The position numbers were made by a program, and so were the translations under genes. Of a stretch of DNA of 64,000 bases, positions 24,040 through 35,205 are shown piece by piece. Source of the DNA: Mobula hypostoma (lineage: Eukaryota); assembly GCF_963921235.1 (NCBI RefSeq), contig NC_086097.1, positions 116,872,001 to 116,936,000 on the forward strand, in the 5' to 3' direction. The notes below the pieces were generated by a model. That model saw only the letters and a program-made list of their open reading frames with translations, was not told the DNA's origin and searched no databases. Every line of letters begins with the position of its first letter. Within the stretch, counting starts at the first letter, position 1.

Positions 24040-24600
24040 AGAAATTCTGCGAATGCTGGAAATCTAAAGCAACACTTACTATGCTGGACGAACTCAGCTG
24101 GTCAGGCAACATCTGTGGTGGGGAATAAACAGTCAATGCTTGGTAGTGAGACCCTTCATCAGGACTGGAAAAGAAGGGGGAAGAAGCCAGACTTAAAAGG
24201 TAGGTGACGGGAGCACAAGCTGGCAGGTGATAGTTGAGGCCAGGTGAGGGGGAAGGTGGGGGGGGGGTGGAGGAGGAATGGATGAAGTGAGAAGCTGAAC
24301 GGTGATAAGTGGAAAAGGTAAAGGGCTGGAGAAGAGGAATCTGATGGGTGAGGACAGTGGCCCATGGAAGAAAAGGAAGGAGAAAGGGAACTAAAGGGAA
24401 TTGTTGGTCAGGTGAGGAGAAGAAAAAGGATAAGAGGGGAGCCAGAATATGGAAAAGGAGAGAAGAGGGAGGGATTGAAATTGGAGAAAATAATGTTCAA
24501 TATGTCAGGTTGGAGGCTTCCCAGATGAAATATGGGGTGTTGCTCCTCCAACTTGAGAGTGGCCACATGGTGACAGTAGAGGAGGCAATGGACATGTCTG
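24040..24600 (-). mobile_element. Penelope 3' end (GIY-YIG tail, UTR, degenerate hammerhead)
   Basis: 24495-24600 resembles 150-262. Reverse strand CAGUC-CUGAUGA-AGGGUCUC with a mutated GAAA box. Confidence 0.7.
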
Positions 24601-24861
24601 AATTTACCATAGAACTCCTAGTTATTATGTGGGGTTATATCGGGTGAGCTTGCAGCACTTGCCGACCAGTAAATGCACTCAATTTGCCAAGTCTGGTTCA
24701 ATTGGAGTGGGTGTTAAAGGGGAGTGCTGAAGGACAGGAACCTACTGACACCACTGGGTGAATCCTGAATGTATCTTTGGACTTTATAAGATACAATAAG
24801 AGTAGGAACATGCCCAAGGAATGGTCTTCCTGACTTTTATAACCATTATGCTTCTTATTTG

Positions 24862-25245
24862 GGTGGCGGGATGCAGATGCATCTGCCAAAGGAGGTGTAA
24901 GTCCTCTGCTAGACTGCACGTCACCCTTGGGCAAGGTGTAGCACTTGTTTAGCTCCACCCCTCCCTCCCCGGATCAGGGTCACACAAAGCCATGGGAGCA
25001 GGTGGTGGATGGTCCTATAAGGAGCTGCTGTATATCCCACGTCCTGGTTTTGCAACCACTGACGCCAGGCAGGTAATCTCTGAAGAGTATTGATATTGGC
25101 TGGGGTCACCCTTCGTGGAAAGACACTGTCAGAAGAAGGCAATGGCAAAGCACTTCTGTCGAAAAATTTGCCAAAAGCAATCATGGTCGTAGAAAGACTG
25201 TGATCGCCAACATCATAGACACGGCGCATAATGGTGATAATAATG
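24862..25245 (+). mobile_element. RTE-related non-autonomous retroelement with (ATG/ATA)n tail
   Basis: Imperfect 14-bp TSD ATGCTTCTTATTTG (24848-24861) / ATGCTTCTAATCTG (25246-25259). Contains AGAAGAAGGCAATGGCAAAGCACTTCTG. Confidence 0.7.
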
Positions 25246-25459
25246 ATGCTTCTAATCTGTGAAGACAAGCAGTGAGATTTCGAGGAGATTGACAATTCTT
25301 CATTGTCACTCAATTTTCACACCAATGAACTCACTTTCAAGAATTCTTCATCTCAAGTTCTCATTATTTATTACTATTTATTTATATTTGCATTTGCAGA
25401 GTTTGTTACCTTATGCACTCCTGTTGATCTTTCATTGATCCTGTTAGTAGAGTAGAGCT

Positions 25460-25770
25460 ACTTGGACTTGATGTTTCAATCCCTATGGTAAGTTGGCACT
25501 CTGGATGTTGGCAGTGGGCTTGGAGTGGTGACAAGGAGGGAGGGTAGGTACATCATCGGGGTCATCAGGTGGGGACCCTCCTTCTTTAACATTCATTGAT
25601 AAGCCCACAACGTCTCGAGAGGGCTCAATGGTGCTACCTGGCATCCCAGATACACCCCCCTCAGTTCCATACCCTCCTGTCTTCATCTTGCAGCCCAGTT
25701 GCTGTCTTTCCTTTTAATCCAAATCCAATTGCTGCTTTCTTCTGCTGCATTTGACAAGGACTTGCTTGCT
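25460..25770 (-). mobile_element. Probable HERO-clade 3' end (ORF C-terminus and UTR) inserted in a LINE tail
   Basis: Reverse strand translates SKSLSNAAEESSNWIWIKRKDSNWAAR*, resembling the HERO C-terminal AAE.AS.W.W.KR...W motif. Confidence 0.55.
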
Positions 25771-26062
25771 TAGATTTGTTGAGTATGCCCACAAGAAAAT
25801 GAATCTTGGGGTTGTTTATGGTGACAAATATATACTTTGATAATAAAAATTTACTTCGAACTTTGAGCTTTATATTCTGGCCAGATGATACCAAGTCATA
25901 CAAAATTAAAGGGCCAATTCATTGGGTACATTTAAAGTGGAAGATGATTAGTAAGGGTGTCAAAGGTTATGGAGAGAAGGCAGGAGAACGGGTAGAGGAA
26001 TAATAAATTGGCCATCATGGAATAGCAAGCTGATTCGATGGGACAAATGTTCTAATTCTGCA

Positions 26063-26445
26063 AAACACACAAAATGCTGGAGGAACTCAGCAAGCCGGGT
26101 AGCATCTATGGAAAAAAATCAACAGTCAATGCTTCAGGCTGAGAAAAATGGTGAGAAGTCAGAGTAAGAAGGTGGGGGGCAGGGAGAAGTACAAGGTAGT
26201 AGATATAGGTGAAATCAGGAGGGCGAGGGATGAAGTAAAGAGCTGGGAAGTCGATTGGTGAAAGAGATAAAGGGCTGGAGAAGGGGGAATCTGATAGGAG
26301 AGGACAGAAAGCCCTGAAAGAAAGGGATGGGGGAAGGAGCACCAAAGGGAGGTGACTAGCAGGTAAGGAGATGAAGTGAGAGAGGAACACATATTTTGTG
26401 TGCACTGCCTGGAATTCCAGCATCTGCAGATTTTCTCTTGTTTGT
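26063..26445. mobile_element. Penelope pseudo-LTR remnant with inverted ends
   Basis: Left end CACACAAAATGCTGGAGGAACTCAG (minus copy), right end ATTTTGTGTG...TTCCAGCATCTGCAGATTTTCTCTTGTTTG (plus copy). Confidence 0.65.
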
Positions 26446-27296
26446 GATTTTTCTAATTCTGCTCCTTTGTCTTATCGTCTAATAATCTAAAAATAGATGG
26501 AAAAACCGAATTATCCTAAACTACCTCAGATGAATTGTGACAGCATTTTGAGATTGAAGTTTTAAGGTAGAGAAAACATTTTTGCAGAAGGATGGGTTCA
26601 CTAAATGGGCAAGAAGAAAATCAGCAGATGGCTGAAATATGAGATTATCCACTCAGTAGAAAGAGCGTAAAGTAACATGTAATTTCAATAGAGAGAAACC
26701 ACAGAGGGCCTCTTTACTGAGGAACCTGGGTGTCCTTATGTATAAATCCCAGAAAATGTGCTCACATAAAATGAAGACAAGGAAGGATTTCCTACTTCAG
26801 AGTCTGTCGACCTTGGAATTCTCTACCTCAGAGACCATTAGAGGCTGAGTCAGCGGATGGCTTATGAAATGATGAAATATGAGGTTATCCACTCAGTAGG
26901 AAGAATGTCGAAGTAGCATGTTGCTTAAATGGACAGAGATGACAGAATGTGTTGTGTAGAGGAATCTGGGTGTCCTTGTATATGAGTCGTAGAAACTGAG
27001 CATGCAGGGACACTGAGTAATTAGATACACACATGGAATATTGGTCTGTGTTACAGGATGATGGATTGACAAACAACAGGCAAGTTTTGTAACAACTTTA
27101 CTAATGAGTATGTTCAAATAGGAGGTATAGTTTTGGGTTATTGAAGAGCGAAACGCAATGGGGAATAGGCCGGAAACTGCTGTGGGGGCCGAGATCAGAT
27201 TAACGGTGATGTGAGGTGGCACAGTGGTGCCACAGTTATCACCGCTGCCTTACAGCCACAGAGACCTGGGTTCAGTCATTTGACCATGGTGTGTGG

Positions 27297-27924
27297 CAGT
27301 GGTCCCCAACCTCCGGCCCGTGGACTGATACTGGGCCGCAAAGCATACAGAAGTGCAGAGGTGCAGCGGTAGCCGGAGCGCATCCAGCACATCTTTAAGA
27401 GAAAAGCCAAAATGAACAAGCTAATTGATTAAGTGCCACCTGGCACGTAAATGTCGGCCCAGATGACAAGTGATTGCTGATTTCACTTGCTCTATGCGAT
27501 GTTTACTCCTCTTTCCAGGACGCTGGAGCCTTTAGCTGTTCCATTGTTTGGTCAATTTTAATGCCAGCCAAGAAAGGGCTGTCAGGATTGAGGTGACACG
27601 TTGAATCTACACAAACTTCTAATAAAGTATAGGCGCTGTTGCGCTTTCTTTGTAATGACAATTACTTCCTGGTCCCAGGACAGATCCTCTGACACTTATC
27701 AGAGAGAGAAACGTCGATCCTTAATGCCGAAGAATTTAAAGTTATTGACCCTCTCCACCTCAGTTCCTCTCATGAGGACTGGCTTCTGGGCGGCACCTTA
27801 TTAATTAGCTTGTTTATTTTGGCTTTTTTCTTAAAGATGTGCTGGGTGCACTCCAGCTACCGCTGCACCCCTACATGCTTCACGGCTCGGTATCGGTCTG
27901 TGGCCCGGAGGTTGGGGACCACCG
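27297..27924. mobile_element. hAT (Charlie-like) MITE, 628 bp, nested in a V-SINE
   Basis: TIR CAGTGGTCCCCAACCTCCGG...CCGGAGGTTGGGGACCACCG, 8-bp TSD GTGTGTGG (27289-27296 and 27925-27932), imperfect inverted arms of about 140 bp. Confidence 0.88.
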
Positions 27925-28719
27925 GTGTGTGGGGTTTGCATGTTCTTCTGGGTGATCTGGTCACCCGCTCCAATTCCAAAACTGGCTGTCTGTTACCGGG
28001 CTGTTATATTTTGTCTCTAGTGTCTGTGGATGGCTGATAATTGGGAGTGGGGCGGGGTAGTACTAAATGGGAATGCAAAAGGATAAAGGAAAATGCAATG
28101 AGTGTGGGTTTATGGTCGGCACAGATGATCTGCAGTGCACTGTGACTCAATGAATTGGTGAGCAATGGGTCATTTGGTTAATCATTGACAGATAACTCAG
28201 ATGCAACCTGTGCAAAAGCTGACCCTATCCTTGCCGGCAAACTACCTTCACTCACAATCTCCATGCATGTTCTCCATTTACAGAGTTAATGGAGCAGAAT
28301 TTTTGCTGTGAGACTGGAAAATGGGAGCGGTGCCTCTCTCACTTAAGCACGATAGATTGCATGTTACGTTTCAGGAGCTGTAAATATGAATTTTCAGCAC
28401 CGAGCCTGAACTGTAAATATCACTGGGAGTTTGCAAAGGGCAGAATGGTTGATAGGATCCATTAAATGCTGGAACAGTTTTAGATCTGACACAGTTATCT
28501 AAAAGAAAATGGAAATCTATATTTAAATGGGTGGATGCCGAAGGCAAAAATAATTTTAGGGCAAAAGGTCTGATGCTATATAAAGTTAGTGAATTAAATG
28601 CAGGAGGCAAAAAAAATGTAAGAATGCAGGAAGCATGCATTAGGCACAGAGACACTTCAATATCAAGTAATAGGAAATAGCATCTTATCATCTTCCTCCT
28701 CTCATACTGGAAATAATTT

Positions 28720-29930
28720 CAAAGTTCAAAGTCAATTTTATTATCAAAGTACATATATGACGCGGTGTCTAACCCTATGATTCATTTTCTTGTGGGCATA
28801 CTCAGCAAATCTATAGAACAGTGACTATTACACGATCAATGAAAGATCAACCAGAGTGCAGCAAACTGTGCAAATGCAAATATAAATAAGAAGCAATAAG
28901 TAACGGGAACATGAGATTCTGAGATAAAGAGTCTTGAAAATGAGATCAATGGTTGAGGGGACATCTCAATGATGGGCCAGTGAATCTGAGTGCAGTTAAT
29001 CCCTTTGATTCAAGAGTCTGATGGTTGAGAGGTAGTAACTGTTCTTGAACCTAGTATCTGAGTCCTGAGGTTCTTGCAGATTCTACCTGATGGCTGCAAT
29101 GAAAAGAGAGCATGACCTAGGTGGTGGGGAACTCTGATGATATACACTGCTTTTCTACGACAGCGTTTCTTTTTATTTTGCATGTGCCTGCATGCGTGCG
29201 AGTCTGTGCGTGTGCGTGCGTCTGTGAAGATGTCTGTTTTCATGGCTTTTTACAAGGCACGGAACGAGAGGGAGAGAGACTGTGTGGCGCACCACTCCCC
29301 ACACAGACAGTTTCGCAGTATTTTCCCTTTATTTTACAAGGTCGAGTTGCGATCTTGACACTCAACCCGGCACGGATGGAAAGAGTACTGGTTTCGAACC
29401 TGGGAACCTCCGCTCCCAGGTCTGGCGCTAATGTTATTGTGCCACCAGCTGGCCCTCTACGACAGCGTTTCATGTCAATGTTCTAATTGTTTGGGGGGGT
29501 GGTGATGTACTGGGCCGAATCCAGCACTTTCTGTAGGATTTTCCATTCAAAGGCATTGGTGTTTCCGTACCAGGCCGTGATGCAGCCAGTCAGTACACTC
29601 TCCACCACACATCTATAGAACTTTGTCCAAGTTTTAGATATCATGTCGAATTTCCACAGACTCCTAAGGAAGTAAAGGTGCTGCCTTGCTTTCTTCGCAA
29701 GTGCACCTACATCCTCAGGTCCTTTGAAATAGTAACACCCAGGAACTTAGAGTTGCTTACCTCCCTCCAGCTCTGATACTCCAATGAGGACTGGCTCACG
29801 GACCTCCGATTTCCCTCTCCTGAAAACTATAATCAGTTCTTTGGTCTTGCTGACAGTGAGTGAGAGGTTGTTGTTATGACACCACTCAGTCAGATTTTCT
29901 GTCTCCCTCCTATTCATCACCACCTTTGAT
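28720..29930 (-). mobile_element. Decayed LINE 3' region (Rex1/Babar-like)
   Basis: WCHNNNLSLTVSKTKELIIVFRR (ORF 29747-29974) and PHHLGHALFSLQPSGR. Tail ACTTTGAACTTTGA on the reverse strand. Confidence 0.72.
29170..29455 (-). mobile_element. tRNA-derived SINE (286 bp)
   Basis: Perfect 16-bp TSD TCTACGACAGCGTTTC at 29154-29169 and 29456-29471. B box GGTTCGAAACC, (GCAC)n and A-rich tail on the reverse strand. Confidence 0.88.
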
Positions 29931-30057
29931 TCATATTTGATTTGAGAATGTAGGATACACTGAATACCATACACAACTATTAAGAGTAAGTTCTAAAAAA
30001 AAGTCAACACTTACCTCAAATCATTTCCCATAAAATAATGACCTTGAAATTTTCACG

Positions 30058-30195
30058 CAAACACGAGGAAATCTGCAGATGCTGGAAATTCAAGCAACAC
30101 ACACAAAATGTCATGACGAAGGGTCTCGGCCCGAAACATCGACTGTACTTCTTCCTATAAATGCTGCCTGGCCTGTTGCGTTCCACCACCATTTT
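30058..30195. mobile_element. Tiny head-to-head Penelope terminus pair with a near-intact hammerhead motif (30110-30145, +)
   Basis: GUC-AUGACGA-AGGGUCUCGGCCC-GAAAC-AUC-GACUG, with the first core C changed to A. Confidence 0.68.
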
Positions 30196-30269
30196 ACGGA
30201 TCTTGAAATTATATTTGTCAACTTACATGTCATGGTGAAGACGAAGTATAGTACACTTGGACATAATGT

Positions 30270-30590
30270 AGGGGTGGCACGGTAACATAGCAGTTGATGT
30301 AAAACTACCACGGCACCAGATCTAAGATCAGGGCTCAATTCCCAGCCAATTTTGTAAGGAGTTTTGTAAATTCTCCCGTGACCCTATGGGCTTCCTCCGG
30401 GTGCTTCACTTCCTTCCCACGTTCCAAAGACGTACAGGTTACGGTTAGTTGTGAGCAAGCTATGTTGCTGCCGGAAGGGTATGACACTTGCAGGCTGCCT
30501 AACACAATCCTCGCTGATTTGATTTGACGCAAACACCGTAGGTTTTGAAATGCATGTGGCTAAGTAGAGGCAGATCAAGGATGAGTAGCT
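30270..30590 (+). mobile_element. V-SINE-like tRNA-derived SINE
   Basis: GGGGTGGCACGG head and V-domain-like GGGCTTCCTCCGGGTGCTTCACTTCCTTCCCAC. Confidence 0.65.
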
Positions 30591-32238
30591 GTGATTATGT
30601 TGCATGATCCAGTTCACTGCCCGTAGTCACACCCTATGCTTTTCGTGTGACCGCTCTTAACTCCAGTCAAATTGGATGCTGCAATGGTTTTTCAGGATCG
30701 CGGGGGTCTCAGGTGAGGACTGGACCTTAGGTGACAGATTCTGAGGCCCAGGTGAGTTTCACAGGTTATTGGTGAACTTCGTAAGGGTGTAAAAACCAGG
30801 GTAACAAGTGAGTGGTTTGTGGGGGTAGGAACTAGATTTCCAGCAATTTTGTTCTTGTTTCAGATTTCCTATATCTACAATTTTTTTTTTCACTCTCCAC
30901 ATTCTGAATTTCAAATATACATTTTGTCATCAACAGAGGACACACCATGGAATTATTCAAAACATCTAAGCCTGTTGTGTAAACAAAGATTAAGACTATT
31001 TTTATATGGAAAAGGAAACAGTCAATTTGTATCGATTGTATTAATAATGTAATTACGTTTTATCAGAAAAAGGCTCTGAGTTTGTCTTGGGTCATTAGGT
31101 GACTTGGGTTAGGAAAGCACTATAGTTTTTTTGCATTAGTGATATCAACTGCATGTTGTGACCAAGTTGAGAGTCACTTTGTTTGATTTCATGACGCTAA
31201 TTTGACTATGTTTTGAGAATATATGTTGATATATAATGATGATATTGTCCAACTCATTTAGTCTGTATTTGTAGAGTTGATGGAGAGTGCCTTAGAAGTA
31301 TGGAATAGATTTGATTTAAATACATGGAAATACTGGTCTTGCCTTAATAAAATTGGAGTGACTTGGAATTATGTAAGAGGCAGTCGGGGAAGTTGGAGCG
31401 AGGTGTAAGAGCAAACTGAGAGATCACATGGAGTTGGTGTTCGAAGTGAGTGATTTATTTAAAAACTGGTGCACATCTGGAGACCAGCTAAGCCTGATTT
31501 ACCTGGACATGGATCTGGAACAGCTTTTACATTTTCAGTTGATGACATTACCAGTAAATCTTCATTTTGCTAATAGAAAGGTGGCTACAGGAAGACTTGA
31601 TTAAGTAGAAGACAGGGTTCTGATTACAGGATAAAATAATTATCCACAGGTCTAAGAGTAAATCCAGTTTTCCATCACAACAATGGGTGCACACTATAAA
31701 ATTATTAGTGAAGTTCCTGAAACTTAGGTGTTGTCACTTTTGCATTCCACTTCTCTACTTTTGTCTGTGGTTCCCTGTTACCACATTAGCACAATCCACA
31801 TCACTACAGAATAGTTATTAGCCTCACTATTCTTTCCCGTGCAACAAGGGTAAATAACAAATGGAATTTGCCTTTTCTTCTTTTAATCAATTAGAAAGTG
31901 AAAACAGAAAATGTTGGAAAAACTCAGCAGATGAGACAGCATTGTTAATATAAGAAATGGAGTCAGTAGTTTAGTTCAGAACAGTGTACCCTTCAGAACA
32001 ATGAGGTTCCATCAAAGGTCATCATGTACTATTAACTCTTCCTTACTTTACAGATGCTGCCTGAGTTGCCGACTAGGCAATTTCTACCTTTATTTCAGAT
32101 TTCCAGCATCTGCAGCACCTTACTTCTGGCCTTCTTTCTTCAGTCAGCTTTCGCTTAATTTGAGACAGCAGCTCTCCTCATTGTTCTTTAATTTTGTTAG
32201 TAACCTGACAAAAATGATTCATCTTTTTCCCCCGATAG

Positions 32239-32467
32239 ATCTACTTGAGATTTCTTGACTACGAGATGGAGAACTCAAATGAGTGCAAGCGCAATTTTGT
32301 GGCGATCTATGATGGAAGCAGCGCAGTGGAGGATCTAAAAGCCAAGTTCTGCAGCACCGTGGCCAATGACTTGATGCTTCGTACAGGTCTTGGTGTCGTC
32401 CGCATGTGGGCTGACGAGGGCAGTCGGAGCAGTCACTTCCAGATGCTTTTCACATCCTTTCAAGAAC
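32239..32467 (+). CDS. NETO1: NETO1 coding exon (229 bp; rest of CUB2)
   Basis: CTTTTTCCCCCGATAG acceptor, GTGAGC donor. Reads [76 protein letters not shown]. Confidence 0.97.
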
Positions 32468-34019
32468 GTGAGCAATTTTTGGATTTCTTTTAATTAATTG
32501 AACACTATTGTGCCACATTATAGATGTTAAAAAAGAATTACTACCGGTAAGGTTATGGAAAATCCCCCTAATGCATAACAGTATGTTTACATAACATCAT
32601 AATCTTATGAACATTTGGACATTTGGATCATACATGTATGACTTTTTCATAATCTCTCAGCATGGGAGATACATGGAGCAGCATTCAGTTATTACTACAA
32701 TCCAACTAAGTGGATTTTGAAATCAAGGGAAGTGGTTTCAATTGTTCCACGTGTATAATTTTGAGTTTTCCATCTTTGAAAACATAGCTATGCTGAAGTG
32801 TGGGGTGAAGTGTCTTTAGCTGAGGAGTTGCTAGCAAAGAAATGGCAGGTTATCATTAATACAAATACAACAAACTAGAAAAAAAAATGCTATTTAAGCC
32901 CAAGTGGAAATACCCTTTGACATACCGGTCAACACAAATTGCTGAGTAATTTAGTGCTGTTTTATCATTAACGTACTGACAGGTCTCCTAAAAGTCTGCA
33001 TGACCAATACAAATTTAACTCAGCACTGATTCAGAATTGAGGCACTCAGCTCTTTCACCAGAAACACAAGTTTAAAAAAGCGTGCCTCCTCTACTGATGG
33101 TAAACTGTTCTGAGAGATTCTAAAATTTGTAGTTTTATATTTACGTCTTAATTTTTCTCATCTTTTCATCTCATCTTCCTTTCTGTCATTATTTCTCTTC
33201 TCCTATCTCACTTCACATTGATTTGTCCTTCTTCATTGTTGCTTTTTTTTTCACTATACCTAAATTTAATTAGTTAAGGAAATAGACTATTGATTTCAAG
33301 ATCCCTGATACCCCATATTCAATAGACATTTCCAGCAAAAGTTTTTGGTATGAAGAGAGAAGAAAGTAATTGATTCTTCAGATATGTGTCAGAATGCCTG
33401 GCTCCTGCTAATTCTAGGACAATGAATAAGAGATGAGATCATAATCTTTCTCACAGAGGAATGATTTAGTTCCATATGGCTAGGAAATGTGATGGAATTT
33501 TACAGAAATATACTGAGCATCATCTCTGTTTTATATATTAAAGGTGATCATAATCAACTTTGCAATATGTGTCAATGAAAGAGCATATCTGAACTCATCA
33601 ATCATTCTGAATGGCCCCAATTTCAGAAAATCACTGCTCCTGAACCTGGAGCCAGGCTTATTTCAGTGAAGGGTCCACGAAGGGGGATACGTTTTCTGAA
33701 GGAAGAAAATAAATAAACATTGAAAGAAGTAATATTCTTTTTACATGGTAGACAGTTGAAAACTAGAGAAGTGGAATTTTTTATCAAGTCCCTACAGTTG
33801 TAGATGTCTGATGGAGTCTACAAAGTTTGATCATTTTGTCTTCAAAATTACACCTTTATTGTTGATAATCCAGTTATATATTCCCATAATTTGCATTTTG
33901 GTCATTGCTAATTATTAACAGTGAGTCAATTAAAGCTTCCACAGAAGGAATAATCCAGCAAGGGAGAAGTTTATGTACTTATAGGAGAACTTCCAACAAT
34001 GATATATCAGGTATTTTCA

Positions 34020-34520
34020 GGAATCAGAATCAGGTTTAATATCACTGGCATATGTCATGAAATTTGGTGTTTTTTCTGCAGCAGTACAATGCAATACAAA
34101 ATAATAACAATTCTGAATTGCAGTAAGTATATATTGAGTATAAATGTGTATATACTGATATATACAATAGTTAAATTAAATGAGTAGTGCAAAAATAGTA
34201 GTGAGGTAGTGTTCATGGGTTCAGAGTCCATTCAGAAATTGGATGGCAGAGGGGAAGAAGCTGTTCCTGAATTGTTGAGTGTGTGCCTTCAGGCTCCTGT
34301 ACCATCTTCCTGATGGCAGCAATGAGAAGAGGGAATGTCCTGGGTGATGGGGGTCCTTAACAATGGATGCTGCCTTTTTAGGGCACTGCTCGTTGAAGAT
34401 GTCCTCAATGCTAGGGGTGCTGGTGCCATGCTGGAGCTGACACGATTCTTTGCAGATTATTCTGATCCTGTGCAGTAGTCTCACCCCCATATTAGACAGT
34501 AATGCAACCAGTTAGAATGC
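34020..34520 (-). mobile_element. LINE 3' end (Rex1/Babar-like)
   Basis: KKAASIVKDPHHPGHSLFSLLPSGRWYRSLKAHTQQFRNSFFPSAI (ORF 34221-34490) and (ATTCTG)n tail. Confidence 0.75.
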
Positions 34521-34984
34521 CTTGTTATTTATTATATAGATTCTCCACAGTTAATTATTACATGTTTATTTGTATTGTGATATAAATAAACATGATATAG
34601 AAATGTCCTCAGAAATAAGAGAGGATGTCAAGCACCTAAACCCATAAGGTAATTGCATTAATCTGATTTGATTTTGACTTAACCAGCCAGAGGATGCAAG
34701 AGGATTACACACAGCATATTAAAAATGTGACGGAGAAGTGAAGTGATTGGAAAGTCTTAATTATTAGAATGGAAAAGTCTAAATATTTAAAAAAAAGATG
34801 AAAATGGGTTTTATTGTGCCACAGCTGTCACAGCATCCCACATAGCTTTTACAAACCAACAACAGGAAGAGGGCAATTTTCATTCATGCTTTATCTGGGG
34901 TGATTGAGTCAAATACCTGGAGCATGTAGGCTGAAGATGGGAATTCGACGGAGAATGCACAAAAGGTCAGTAACAACTTTAATG

Positions 34985-35205
34985 CAAGGGATTCTGCAGA
35001 TGATAGAAATCCAGAGTAACACACACACAAAAATGCCAGGTCCGTCAGCACCTATGGAAAGGAATAAAGGTTCGATGTTTTGAGCCAAGACCCTTCATCA
35101 GGATGGGTCTGATGAAGGGGCCTAATGAAGAACCTCGGCCCGAAATGTTGACCATTCATTTCTTCCCATAGTTGCTGACTGACCTGCTGAGTTCCTCCAG
35201 CATTT
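34985..35205. mobile_element. Palindromic pair of Penelope termini
   Basis: Minus copy then plus copy meeting at the hairpin CCCTTCATCAG-gatgggt-CTGATGAAGGG (35091-35119). Confidence 0.68.

Noticed and set aside
24125..24170. Functional hammerheads at about 24130, 58215, 61080 and 62625
   Set aside because: Core boxes or the cleavage region are mutated, so they are counted only as decayed copies.
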